DNA of 64,000 nucleotides, counting the filler, from Basidioascus undulatus (taxonomy: Eukaryota): assembly GCA_000826855.1 (NCBI GenBank). It is 14 parts of 14 records of this genome, joined end to end, with 100 filler letters (N's around TTAATTAATTAA, not from the genome) between each part and the next. Parts side by side here need not be neighbours in the genome. Positions count along the whole stretch, not along the records: positions 51,111 to 55,426 come from JTLS01002177.1; positions 55,527 to 59,840 come from JTLS01002178.1; positions 59,941 to 64,000 come from JTLS01002250.1; 11 more parts are not named here. One strand, 5' to 3'. The position numbers and the translations under genes were made by a program. A model generated the notes under the pieces. The model searched no databases. It worked only from the letters and a program-made list of their open reading frames with translations, and was not told the origin of the DNA. Shown in pieces: positions 51,882-64,000 of this stretch. Within the stretch, counting starts at the first letter, position 1; every line of letters starts with the position of its first letter.

Positions 51882-54780
51882 ATGAGGGCATATACCGTCT
51901 GTTGCGCTGTGTTCGCCTCCTTAGGAGTAAGGCTCCTGCAGATGTAGTATGCTTCTTTCTTTGACGGATCTGTGCCCCTCCCAGACTTTCCTGTTCGGTT
52001 ACGCAAGTCTTGCCCTCGCGCAATGTACTCACTCGTCAACACTGATCGCAGCTCAGTCAAACAGGACAGCGGAGTTATAACAACAACCATTGCACATGCC
52101 TCGTTCAAGGAGTATTTCGATCACCCCTCGTCCGACGTCACGGGCGCCATAGTATCCGTGTCCGTCTCGCGTCGAGCCTTATGAAGACGTGGAGCTTCCG
52201 CTTACGGGCTTCGCGGGACAGATACATCGGAGGAGAAGCGCTCGGCTCACTTCTTACCATGCTGTTTGCCGACCGACTGGGCCGCAAGCGTACCATTCAG
52301 CTCTTCGCATGTGTTGCTACAGTCGGGACGGTTCTCCAGACTGCGGCGGTTCATATCGGCATGCTTCTGGCCGGCCGAGCCATCACTGGGGTGTAAGTCC
52401 GGACCTGTTGGGTCATGCTTCGTTTCATGCGATGCTCACTCCTGGCGGGCGGGCGGGCAGCGCCGTTGGCAGCCTCATATTCGTTGTACCGATGTACAAC
52501 GCAGAGATCTCGCCGCCTGAACACAGAGGGCTCATTGTGGGATTCTCCGGTGCAGTGCGTACTCTACATTTCTGACTCGTCTCTTACCTCGTAAGACGTG
52601 CCAATCCAGAAGTCCAGATGATTGCGATGGGTAGCTGCGTGGTATGTTCACCAGAATCTTTAGGCTGCATGTGGCCATATGAAGCTGACCGTATCGGCCA
52701 CAGTCCAATTGGCTCGGATACTTCTCTTCTTTCGCACCGGACAGCATCGGCGACTTTCAGTGGAGATTTCCGTTGGCGTTGCAGATACCGCCCGGCATCG
52801 CCCTTGCCATCGGACTCTTCTGGTTGCCATACAGCCCGCGTTGGCGTGAGTGACCTATACTTTGCTGAAGGTCTTCCGAAGCCAGAACTGAACCTCCCGC
52901 TCGTGTGAATGGGATGGGATGCAGTTCTCAGGAAAGGGCGGGACGCCGAAGCGTATGCTGCATACATCAAGCTGCGCGGTGCGAACGACCCTGAGGTGAG
53001 CTCCGTGGCTTCCCGCACTGGCGGTCCTTGTAGCTTATCCTTAAGCATAACCCATAGGTTGAGGCGGAGTACACCCAGATGAGGGAGCAGATCCACTATG
53101 AAATGGAAACGGAAGTGACTTCTTTCCGCGAGTGCGTCCACTTTCGCCGCCCACTTTCAGTGTCCCCGTTTTTGACCGCGAATTACAGGATGTGGGCACG
53201 ATACAAGAAGCGACTAATGGTGTCCATCGTCAGTATTATAGAAAGTCTAACCTTGGGCTTCGTCTCACGCACTGTGGCTTCGTTAGGCCGTCCAAACTTG
53301 CACCGGCCTAACCGGGGTGAACGTGATAGGCACGTTCTACAGCCTTGTCCTTGTGATCTCGCAGTACTAGCTAACCATGCCTGATCATTTTACACAGGAT
53401 ACTATCAAACCACGCTGTATACAGGTTCGTGCTTCCCCACCTACAAGTACGAACGGTCTCTGACCGCGTACCCTGAGGCAGGCGTGGGTATTAGTGGTCG
53501 CACAGTGCTGTTGTTGGCCGCCTGTTACGGAACCGTAGCTCCCATTGCCAACTTGTGAGAAAAGCGGTCCTTGTTCTTAACATTCAGGAACAGGCACCTG
53601 ATTACCGCTCACAGAGTCGCTGTCCACAATCTTGACCGGTGGGTCTTTGAGCGGATTCTGTTGCTGCGAGAAATTATGACTAAGGCTTTATGTTTGGAAA
53701 GATGGGGCCGTGTTCGTATGCTTTGTACGTCTGGTGCCTCCAAATCCTCCTCTCTCGAGCCATAGGATGATGGTCAATGCTCACCGGTCGACTATTCAGG
53801 GATCGGCGCACTCCTTCTAGCAGCAGACCTTTCTTACACCATGGCGGTAGGAAATTCTTCCAAGTCTAATTCAAATATTGTCTAACTGGGTGGTCTCTCC
53901 AGACAAGCAAGTAGGTGGTTGTCGCTATAGCTCTCAAACTGAGCCTCAGCTGATCGTCCCTGCTGAAACGCCAGGTACTTTGTCGGTTCGACCAACAAAG
54001 GCGGTCAAGCAGCTGTGATCGTCGGTATCTTCCTGTTCAAGTGAGTGATTGTACACTCGTACCCCATAGGTCATTTCTCATTCAAGACTGTCGAAGCGCC
54101 ATTTACTATTGTGCCTTCAACTCCACGACTTGGCTTTACGGCGCAGAGGTACTCACAGCGAGTATTCGAGCGAAAGGCTCCGCGCGTGAGTGCATACCAG
54201 AATATTTCTTCTGGGCCAACATTTCGGATGCAACCTGCGCCTGCGACTGACACGAGAGTCTATCCGCAGTGGCCTCCTTCTCCCACTTTGTGTTCAACAT
54301 TGCTGTCAACCAGGCCGGCCCCAAGGCTTTCGTTACCATCGGATATAAGTAAGGGTCCTCCAGTTAGTACTGCTCCTTATTCAGGCGAGGTTGCTGAAAT
54401 ATGAACAGGTTCTACTCGATCTTCATCTCGTGCTGCCTCGTCACGAGCGTGATAGTATTCTTTTACTTCCCCGAGGTCCGTGTATCCCAATATTTCACGA
54501 CGGGAAAAAAATCTTATTCGTCCATGATATCACAGACCAAAAACAAAACCCTGGAAGAAATTGCAGGAGTACGTACTTACGTGCTTGCAGGCCGCTTAAT
54601 CAACACACTGCGGTTGCTCATGCCGCGCTTTTGACTCAGCTCTTCGGGGATAAGGTCATCATCCCGACTCTCGAAGATGCAAATGCAAGGAAGGAAGCTG
54701 TCTTACACGGTGTTCTTAAGGAGGACATCGCAGAGGAGGGGCAGAAAGCAAAGAAGAGGGAAGAGGTGTGGATCGCTTAG
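51882..54780 (+). CDS. MFS sugar porter family transporter, very intron-rich
   Basis: FLFGY|DSG, ADRLGRKRT, PMYNAEISPP..RG, PYSPRW, WLYGAEV, PE|TKNKTLEEI. Confidence 0.92.
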
Positions 54781-56791
54781 TTGCGAATGATGGCCGCCGA
54801 GTGGTTAAGAGATTGTAGCTTGTAGATTCTATGGAAAGTTGGGTCGTTTAGCGTTTTGAATACAACAATGCTGCGGACAGTGCTCCCATGTCTCGAGCGT
54901 TGGTGCAAACCTGCAGCTTTCGTCACCCCATGCCGGCTCTCGACAGTTGGAATTCTTTAACGAACCCTGAGTGCACCGCATTAGCTCCGCATTACTCATC
55001 AGGTCAACGAAGGTGTAAGAGGGACCGGACATGGTGAAAATGACTCCAGACATTCAGGCCATGGCTCGGTTCGCAGTCGTAAACTGATTGTGAGGACCTC
55101 GTATCTTGTCGTACTCCAAGGCGTTTGCAGCTTGCACCACTCGGAGCGGGCCGTGAACATCGGATAAAGCTCTCTTTCTTATGGCGTTTATTCCAAATGT
55201 ATCCTCATTTAATTGTCAGAAAGTATCTTGAATCTCAGGAAATTCATCGCAGCTTGCAACGGAGACGCGCGACGCGTCCTGCAACAGCTCCACCTCCCCG
55301 CGCTTGTTCAGTGCGCCTCCCATCTTTTAACATCCACGCCACACTCCTTCGCTTGTTCTTCATCCTCTCTGGCCTTTTGGCTTAGATCAAGTGTAGTATC
55401 TGTTCTTTCAAGTTTGACAACTTGAANNNNNNNNNNNNNNNNNNNNNNNNNNNNNNNNNNNNNNNNNNNNTTAATTAATTAANNNNNNNNNNNNNNNNNN
55501 NNNNNNNNNNNNNNNNNNNNNNNNNNGTTTTGCGGGTTTTCTTTTTTGAGGGAGGGATTTTCTCCTGAGATACCCTAGTGAATTAAGATGGAGTTAGTTC
55601 ACAAGCGCGTATTCATCGCGCATGAGCCTCATTAATCGTGCACTGCTAGTGAACGGTGCATTCGTTGGAGAGGTCGAGTCTACAACGAGCAGCTTGGGAC
55701 AGACAGGGTGCGGGTGCTGGCAGCTTCTTGAGGAGTGGTGCGCTGACAGGGGGTGCATGTGCTGCCAGTGCACGAGGGTGGGAGGCGGGGGCGCGCCAAC
55801 ATCAGGGGGAGATAGAGCCGGGTGCATCCCTGAATGCTGACCTCAATGCCGACCTGAACAGTTCGGTGCTTCTTGACTGTGAACGTTTCTTTGTCCATTA
55901 TTCTTCGGGCATTCGTTGAACCACAGGATGGAAGCCGGATGGAATAGCTGGTAGGACGGTGCTACGACACCGCGGCCGGGATATTAAACGTCGACTGTCA
56001 GCATCGTGCAGTTGCGAGTTCAAGACGCCGGACCGCTGCTGAGATGCTTTTACTCCTTCCGAGGGTGCGCGCCGGCTTAGGACTGGTGGGAGCGGTGGAC
56101 GATGAGGAGCGGGAAGGAAGCTGCAGCATGCCGATTTCCAACAGTTTTCATGAGGAAAACATGATACTTTGTGCCCGAAGAAAAGATAAAAGATGTGCAG
56201 CCGGCACTGTGTCCAGTACGAGCTGGGATTCACCGAGGAGAGCATGCGCAGCGCCGCCGTGGCAGCGTACTGCCGGTGCCCGTCACATCCATGATCCTGT
56301 TTCTCGGGGCACACTTTCCATAGAGTCTCTTGAACCTTGATGCTTCTGATCCTAAAGTGCCTGGTTGGCTTCTGTCTGCCGTACGTACATACGAGGGAGT
56401 TGAGGCCATCACGGACAGGGGGGGTTGAGATTCCGGCCGATTCAGAACCAATGGAACTGCAGGTAGTTGCTGGATAATTATATCAGGTGGTTCCTTGTGA
56501 AACTCTTACATCCTTGAGGAGACGCTAATTAAGAGTAGACTTGCTAATGCAAGCCCAGCAGGCTGCAGGCGCTGGCGTACCGCGGTTCCCGGGAGTCGTG
56601 TGTGCCGCAAGAGCTAAACATGCTCGCCCTCCGACCACTATAGGAGAAAGGTGAATGATGAGGCCGGAATGGATAAAGCATATTTAGCCACAACGTGACA
56701 CGTACACCTCGTCGCATTGGAGTGCGAGGTTTCATTGGTTTCTTTTCGGTACCAGCCTTTGTGCTACGGAAAGTGACGGAGCCTTCTACAG

Positions 56792-57954
56792 TCATGATTG
56801 AGACGAAATGGGGTGTTCTTTAGTGCATGTTCTCCTAATGACCGCGTCACCGCTCCTCAAAATGCACCCACTTGGGACCGACAAGCTCCAATCTGACTGC
56901 CGCGACCCCTTCTCCATGCAAATGCTGAACACTGCGTAGCCGTGCCTGTAATACCAGGAGACCTGCTCGAGGTTTGGAAGGGGTTTTTTGTATGCCTTCA
57001 CCTGGCCAGGAAGAGCTTTCCGGAAAGCATGGTCGTGGTGGTGCCGCGCGAGGGCATGCAGGCGGCAGTCGAGATCAGCCGGGAGGCAGAGCCGACGCAG
57101 ATCGGTGAGCAGGGAGAGCGACTGAAAGATTCTTATCTACAAAAAAGCAGTTAGGCAAAAAAAAAGTGTAAGGCAAGACCAGGAATGTTTGCATGAGGCC
57201 ACGAGGAAAGACAACGTACGCTGGGCCACGATGGACGATGAGGTGAGGGTCCAGGAAGCTTTCGAAACATTGCATGTTCGGCACCTTCTGAGCTAAGGTG
57301 ATGATCTCGCGCTTCGAGGGAAAGAAATTTGAAAACACGATGAGAAGGGATACGCTTGCGAGCGCGTCGAGAAGGCGTGCAAGTTCGCCGGCATTCCCGA
57401 GCCCTTCGTGCGATGCCGGACAGAGGCGCTGGAGCTTCGGAAGATGAGAGATGAGCGAGTCGGCTGTCTTTCCCCAGTAGAAGAACGTTCCTATGGCCTC
57501 GAATGAACCGAGCTGCGAGAAGTCGGCCTGCGCGGCCGTCTCCCAGTCGAGGCTCAGCGACAGACTGTGCAACGAGCAGCACTGCTGCAGCAAGCCGTTT
57601 AGAGCGATACCAAGGGGAGGCCCCTTAGGAGCATTCGAGATCTCAAGGTCTCTACTTGAGCAGGTGTAAGCATCACATCTTCAAAAATTGTGAGAGTCAC
57701 ACCGCGCCGCACCTGATTAGGCCGCCAAACCCTTCGTCAGAAGAGAAGAATGTGAACTGCTCAACGGAGCTGATCGTCAAGCGGTAAAGCAGGACAGCAA
57801 GAGAATATTTCCAAGCAGCCCGATTGACCCGTGAGAAGGAGAGCAGGTCTGCTTTCGAAGGCTCGTCGTTGTCGATGTAGCGCCGCCGGTATACGTGCAG
57901 GTGCGAAGCGATCTTGCCCAATAGCTCGAGCGGGAGGTTCGAGAGTGAGACCAT
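56792..57954 (-). CDS. F-box/LRR-like protein
   Basis: LSNLPLELLGKIASHL..LSFSRVNR; LxxLxL repeats in later exons; plausible GT-AG introns join the frames. Confidence 0.65.
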
Positions 57955-58848
57955 GGCGTGGTTGCGACCGAAGTAGAGTGGAACAAGACAATTTTCCTGC
58001 GAGAGGTCTCTGGGGCGCGATGAAGCGGCTGTGCGCGTCGTGGCGGTGATGGTGGCACTGGCAGGGAAATAGGAGTGGATCGCCGCAGCGGGCAGCACCG
58101 ACGCAAGTGACTCATGACTTGCCCCGCGATCTTGTGGAAGGGTCAGTCAGTGGTTTCCAGCACTAAATACACCGAGTAACAAAGACGTCCTTGTTCTTGA
58201 TGTTGACTATGTACAACCCCTGTGTCGTTCGTTCACCAACACGGTGTTCAGGTACACAGTTAGGGCCTGCCGACTGCTACACCCAGAAGCGCCCTCCGAC
58301 GCTTCAACTGGGTTTCAGCATAGGACGGGTCAGGAGACCTGAAATGGTCCAACCAGGCATAGACTTCAAGTTGCTCTCAGTGGACCTGCGAGCATCATCA
58401 CAGCGTGACTGCATGAGGCTGCTGATGCGGACAGGCATGTAACAAGGACAGCTACTACGGCCACTGCCATCCGCCCTATTTGGATTGTTTAGGTCTTTTT
58501 CGGAGAGGATGTCAAAACAACCCAAAGATGAGGCGAGTTCAGGCCGTGCCGTGTGGCTCGAGGGGCGAATAGTATCGAGCGCTTCACAACAATCGCCTCT
58601 TCTCGGAAACACACACAAGACATCGCCTGTCCATATCATTTTCATAGACGACAGAAGTGGGCACAGACGGTTTCGCACTGACAATGATCAATGCTGGGAA
58701 TAGACGCATCGACAAGCTAAGGTCATTCAGGGAGGCAGTAAGTACATGCATTCATCACATCAAGTCGTATATCTCAAGTCAAGTCAAGTCTCAAAAGTGT
58801 TCTGGTTCTACCGCATGTCCTGTATCGGACACTAGATCTCTCTCAGTC

Positions 58849-59298
58849 TCACTTGTTCAGCTCCGCCGCGCGCGCCCGAAGCTCGTCGCGTCCTTTGGGC
58901 TGCTCGAGCTGCAACCCACCCCACAGACCCATAACCATGAGTCTCATCTCATCTCATCCACCAGGTCAAGGCAAAAAGACGCACCCCAGACGCGATCTCC
59001 TCCGAGACGAAGTGGGGCGGCCTGGCGTGGTGCGCCTGGACGGCGGGGTCGGCGCCGGCGAGGGCGGACGCGTCTCCGGAGCTGGACGACGGGCCGTGGT
59101 GCGGGTTCGGCTGGTGCGTCGGCTTCTTGGGACCCGAGGGGTCGTTGGTCGTCGCGTCGTGGGGCTGAATCTGTTCAGGGCGAAGAGGAGGAGATGATCA
59201 GTGGCGTTGGGAGCTGGGAGAGATGGGGAGGAGGGACGAACGGTAAAGGTCTGCTCGGACCCTTCCTTGTCGGTACGAAGCTCATCTCTGATTGACAT
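58849..59298 (-). CDS. Small hydrophilic hypothetical protein
   Basis: Three exons: MSIRDELR..FT|IQPH...QAHHARPP|LEQPKGRDELRARAAELNK*. Confidence 0.7.
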
Positions 59299-59733
59299 CC
59301 TGGTCTTTTCTTTAAATTTGCGAAGGGAAATGGGGATTTGGGTGTAGGTCTGGTGGGTGTGGGGGGAGGGCAAGATGGGAAATGCGGATGAAAGGGCACC
59401 CAAGCAGCGGGGGGGGAGCAGGATGGCTGCGCACGCGCGCCTGTCACTTGCGTCATTTCAGGGCCTGAAGCCCAAGATCTAGACTAATTGACGATTTGGA
59501 AGGTGTGCAAAGACCAAGGACCGTCGGACCCAGGAGATCAAGCTTATCTTTGGTCCGATCGGGTGGTTGGGCCGAAGAAGCGGGGCATGTCAAGCGCAGA
59601 AGACGCTCCTCGTCCGCCCTCAGTCTGACTGGTGGCTTCTGCGTTATCTCCCTTCGCTTCCTTCCAATATTCCCATCAAGCAGCACACCACACTCTCGTT
59701 GCACACACACACTCGCACAACACAGTAGCCGAC

Positions 59734-59840
59734 ATGCTCCCCCGCGTCCGCGCGCCCCTCCTGCGCGCACTCCCCCGGCGCGCAGCTCCCTCCTCAACCC
59801 AAAGGTCTGTAGACCTCGTTGCACACACACACACACAACA
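59734..59840 (+). CDS. Start of a gene with a mitochondrial presequence-like N-terminus, truncated
   Basis: MLPRVRAPLLRALPRRAAPSS after a C/A-rich leader. Confidence 0.4.
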
Positions 59841-59975
59841 NNNNNNNNNNNNNNNNNNNNNNNNNNNNNNNNNNNNNNNNNNNNTTAATTAATTAANNNN
59901 NNNNNNNNNNNNNNNNNNNNNNNNNNNNNNNNNNNNNNNNCCGACATATTTCACTATAATCCTCAATATAATATG

Positions 59976-60047
59976 TCCTCGTTGGTGTAGTGGCTAACAT
60001 CGGGTGTTCTCACCGCCCAGCCCCGGGTTCGATTCCCGGACGGGGAA
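59976..60047 (+). tRNA. tRNA-Glu(CTC), intronless
   Basis: TCCTCGT...GGGTG TT CTC AC CGCCC...CCGGG TTCGATT CCCGG ACGGGGA A, full cloverleaf. Confidence 0.93.
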
Positions 60048-60520
60048 ATAGTCTTCTGCTCCCCTGCCTCTCAGCTGGTCTTTCATTGCAAATTAGCTGA
60101 AGCAGAACCTCCACGCATTCATTCGTTTCCCCCTTTTGGCCAGTGCACTGCAGCGGTATTCCTTCTTGATGTATGTTCGGAATTCCAAGATGCGCACCCC
60201 AAGGAAGATCCTCAAACGTGCCTGACTGCTCAGACATTTTCTCACATAATCAAGGCCCATCACATCATCTCGCCATGCGCATTCACTTCACACCATCTAC
60301 AATCACCGCACGCTGCGTGCGCTCAAAGCAAAGTGTATTCGTGGACCGTCCGTCCGACCTAAAGACCAAAGCAAGCAAAAAGGTGAATGGGGTAGTGCTT
60401 CTTTCTATGTAAAGGAAGGTGCGCGGGTGGTATACATGTGCAGTCCGTAGCTCGGTGTCAGGATGTGAAGAATGGGATGGATGGGATAGAGGTGAGGAAG
60501 AAGGGGGAAAGGGAGGGAAG

Positions 60521-62120
60521 CTATAGCTCGCGAGAGTAGGAACGCGAGAAACGGTACTTGTAGGGGAGTCCGCGGCTGTGCGGAGGCGAGACGAGTATCA
60601 GCGACGGTCTGAGAAAAAGGAAGGGAAACAGGAGGAGAGCCTTAAAGGAACAAGACCTACCGCGACGCCTTATCCATTCCATCCCTGGGCCTTGCATACC
60701 CCGCGTCCCCCTCGCCCCAGTGCCTCGCCGCCTGGGCAGCAGCCCTCCTCAGCGCGCCCAAGTTATCCCCACCCTTCGGCGGCTGCGTCTCCTCCAGGGG
60801 CACTTGCTGCTGGCCCTCCCCCTCCTCGGCAATCGGCTCCCCGCCGTGCTTCGCCTGCTCCTCCTCCGGGATCTCATTCGGCACCTCGGGAAGCTCCCCC
60901 CCTCCCTCAGCGGCCGGCATCTGCTCCGGCGCGGACTGGAAGTCCGCGTCGATTGCCTCGCCTTGCAGGTACAGCCGCTCGCGCTCATCCTCGTCGGACT
61001 CGATGTGGTCGTGCTGTTGGGTGCGTGGGTGCGTGAGTCGGGTTGTTCGAGGGAGTAGGAAAGGGAGGAGAGGGAAGGGGGGATGGAGGGAAAGGGGAGG
61101 GAGGGGAGGGGAGGAAGAAGTACCCACGTGCGCAAAGTGCTTGATGTCTTCGGGGTGGTTGTACGACTCGTCCGTCTGCGTTTCGGGCGTGTTGTGGAAC
61201 TGCTCCTCGTGATGGATGAAGTATTCGGACTCCTCGTCTATAGTGGACGCCCAAGAAGAAGAGTTTGGAGAGGAAGTCAGTGGGGTGTCAGGTGCAGATG
61301 AAAGGAAGCGCGGCTCGAAACGCACCGTAGTGATGTCCCAGCCCTGGCAGCGCGAGGACAGACATTCAGCGTCTTTCGGCTACTGAAATTGCAGGAAGGG
61401 AGACAGACACACCTCCAAACTCCGGGAAAGACGGCAGCCCGTCCTCCCCGCCCTCCTCAAACTCCGACAGCGTCAAGACGCCGTCCTTGTTGCGGTCCAG
61501 GATCTCGAGCACCTTGTCCAACACGATTTGGACCTGCATCCGTTCCCGTCTAGCTTCAGCGCCATGTCCCCAGTGCGCGATCATGTTTGAGAAGCGACCG
61601 CACCTTCTCGTTGTGCGCCGCATCGGTCTTCGAGTTGCCCGTGGACTCGTAGTGGTGCAAGCCGTAAATGGCCTCGATCTCGGAGGGGGAGAGGATCCCG
61701 TCGTGGTCGAGGTCGTGCAGGTGAAAGAAGGAGGCTGTTCGGTAGGTGAAGTGTGTCAACATGAGCGTTAGCAGGGCCAGGGGGGAGGGGAAGGAGGGGA
61801 AGGGACGGACCGAGATCGAACCCGCCAATCTTGGTCCAGCGCCCGCCAGGTCAGCCAGCTCCTCCTCTACTCCTCCTGCGCCCCTCCAGGACTCACATGG
61901 TGCTCAGACGCCATCTACATCCCCACTCCGCCAGTCAGCTCGGGCTTGCTAGCTGTATCCCAGAGCGTGATAGAAGTCGCCCACTCACATGCTGCGCGGC
62001 ATAGTTGGAGCCTGCGCCCTCGGCGTGCTCGTCTTCGCTGTGGCTGTGTGCGCGCGCGCCGCTGGCAGCCGCGACGGCGGTGAGGGCGAGGGAGCGGATG
62101 GCGAGTCTTGTTGAGCGCAT
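60521..62120 (-). CDS. SSP120: Secretory-pathway EF-hand protein Ssp120/nucleobindin-like
   Basis: Signal peptide, MASEHH, SFFHLHDLDHDG, GLGHHY|DEESEYFIHHEE, YNHPEDIKHF, C-terminal REL*. Confidence 0.85.
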
Positions 62121-64000
62121 GGCGAATGGGTGAGTGGTGCGTGAGGTGGTCGTCTTGAATATCAAGAGTATCAAGAAGGGGTCGACGCAGCGGCCTGAGC
62201 TGCTGTCTTCGCCTTCGCGCGTCGCCTGCCGCTTCCGGACCTGTTTCATGTGTCAAAAGCACGTGAGCAGCGCCGCTGCCTTTGAGGCGGCAAAGAATCC
62301 CCAAATTCGACGAATTGGCCGCCTCGGAAGCCTTACAAATACTACAACAAGGGAATCTGGTGTAAGTAGACTGAGTGTACAATGAGAATCTCTACTCATG
62401 GTGTCGTTCAGCCTCGAGACGTGAACGACATGCCCACAATCGGCCTGGCGTCGATAGGGCACGGTGAGGGAGGACAGGATCACTTCTTTTTGATGGAGGT
62501 CACGCACCGTATTTCGTGTTGTGTGAACCTAGACAAGCATACCTGTGAAGGGTTGCCAGAGCCTTCGCAAGGCCTGGGAGGCCATCCCCCAGGATGTCGA
62601 GGGATCCAATGTTTGAGGAACCTGCGCCCAACACAGTATGGTTGATGGAAGTCTCGTAGTTGGAGACGGACGCCTACTGGAGGTTTCCAAACTACTATCT
62701 GGGCTATGTTCCACCTCTTACAAAGCTATGAGGCATGCTGGACGCCAGTCGGGCCGTAGACTGCCAGCGCTGAGCAAAGCCTGGTACTCCATTGGAATCC
62801 AGGTGGGACGCCAACTGCGAGGTGCAAGGAATAAGGGGACCATCGTTCGAAGGCCTTTTATTACGAGTTTGGGAATTGAGGTCCGAAAAGGGAGGGAGGT
62901 GTGGCTTTCATGAGTCTACAAGACACCAAGTTTGTCCTGGTAGGTCCGGCTCTTGAGCTGTGACCTAAGCTGACGTAGCTATCAGAGTCGGTGGTATATA
63001 CAGTATTATTTTGATCAGAGGTTCATTTTATTTCCACAGTGAAAGGAGCATAGTGGGCAGCATGGAGTGTAACGCGAGGCTGGCAATCGGTGTAGCGCCG
63101 CTGACTTTCCTGATACCCAGTATATTCTGACGAACAATAGCTCGCATGTCCATACGATGTGACTTACCGGGTATGATAATTCACACGGTATTTTGTTCTA
63201 GCAGTTGCTGAAGGAAAGAGGTAAGCCGACGCGTGCGTGAATGCTGAAACGGGTTCTTGGACGCGTGTTAGCTCGCCCACCCACCATTTCTGGCTATTGT
63301 CTCTCTTGCCCATAAGTTGGAAATCTGTTTATTTTCCAGGGTCTTTCAGGTTGACTGTTTTGCGTCGGAGCGAGGGGAGCGCGCCGAGGCTATTATGGAA
63401 GCACGCACGGTTTCCACCACCGCTCACTACACCATCTTAACTCACGCGCACTAGGTGCTACGGTTCTTCATCACTCATTTTCTCGGCATTCCATTTAAAT
63501 ACCCGAAGAACGAGCAGTCACTAGTTGTTTTGTGCCTTGTTAACCTGCAAAGTAGGTACTGCAACTTTCCGGGGCAGCTGAAGTGGACAGAGAGGACAGG
63601 GCATGTGCGGAAGCTGTACTGTTGAAATATGTTTATGAGGCGGGGAAGTGGGGTAAAGTGGGTAGATGAAACAGTGGTATACGAGCAAGGTGATGCAAGG
63701 GCGCTGTGATCTGTTTTCCTTTTTCTCATTTCTGAAGAGCCCATGTCTTTCAGTGCATTCATATTACTTTCTATCATGTGATTTCCTTGGGGTGAAGTCC
63801 GAATCAAGGGCGTTTGGGAGACTTGCGCATGTGTATGTACTTGGATTGGACGGCACATCGGCCGCAGGGAGAGATGCCGAGGGCCTTGGGCCATGCAGAT
63901 GATCACAGCACTTGACAACAACCAAAAAACAGGGGAAGTGCGCACCAGCAGGAGAAGACTAGACTATGTAGGGATGAGACGGTGTACGGATCTTGACGGA

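Noticed and set aside
62380..64000. Short ORFs at the window end
   Set aside because: No family motifs or RNA structure recognised

Overview
Eukaryotic fungal DNA, most likely a GC-rich, intron-dense basidiomycete. The window is a concatenation of 14 short unplaced contigs joined by artificial 100-bp spacers (N44-TTAATTAATTAA-N44), so neighbourhood across spacers has no biological meaning. Recognisable spliced genes: TIM13, TRM8, PSD2, GEM1/Miro, a B-type cyclin, STN1, an ANTH/AP180 protein, an SDR, ATG27, SSP120, an MFS sugar porter, a GH128 glucanase, a TauD-type dioxygenase, a voltage-gated proton channel (Hv1-like), an 8-Cys GPI-type protein, and F-box/BTB/MYND genes or relics. There are two normal tRNA genes (Gly-GCC with a 7-nt intron, Glu-CTC). 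The standout is at 630-753: a circularly permuted tRNA-Arg(ACG) copy (intron + 3' exon + C + 5' exon), opened at the 5' splice site and flanked by an 8-bp direct repeat whose downstream copy looks like a Pol III terminator. Second is a PX-like ORF ending 13 nt before the cyclin B ATG, with splice signals that would fuse the two in frame. Gene models were built by eye; no searches were run.
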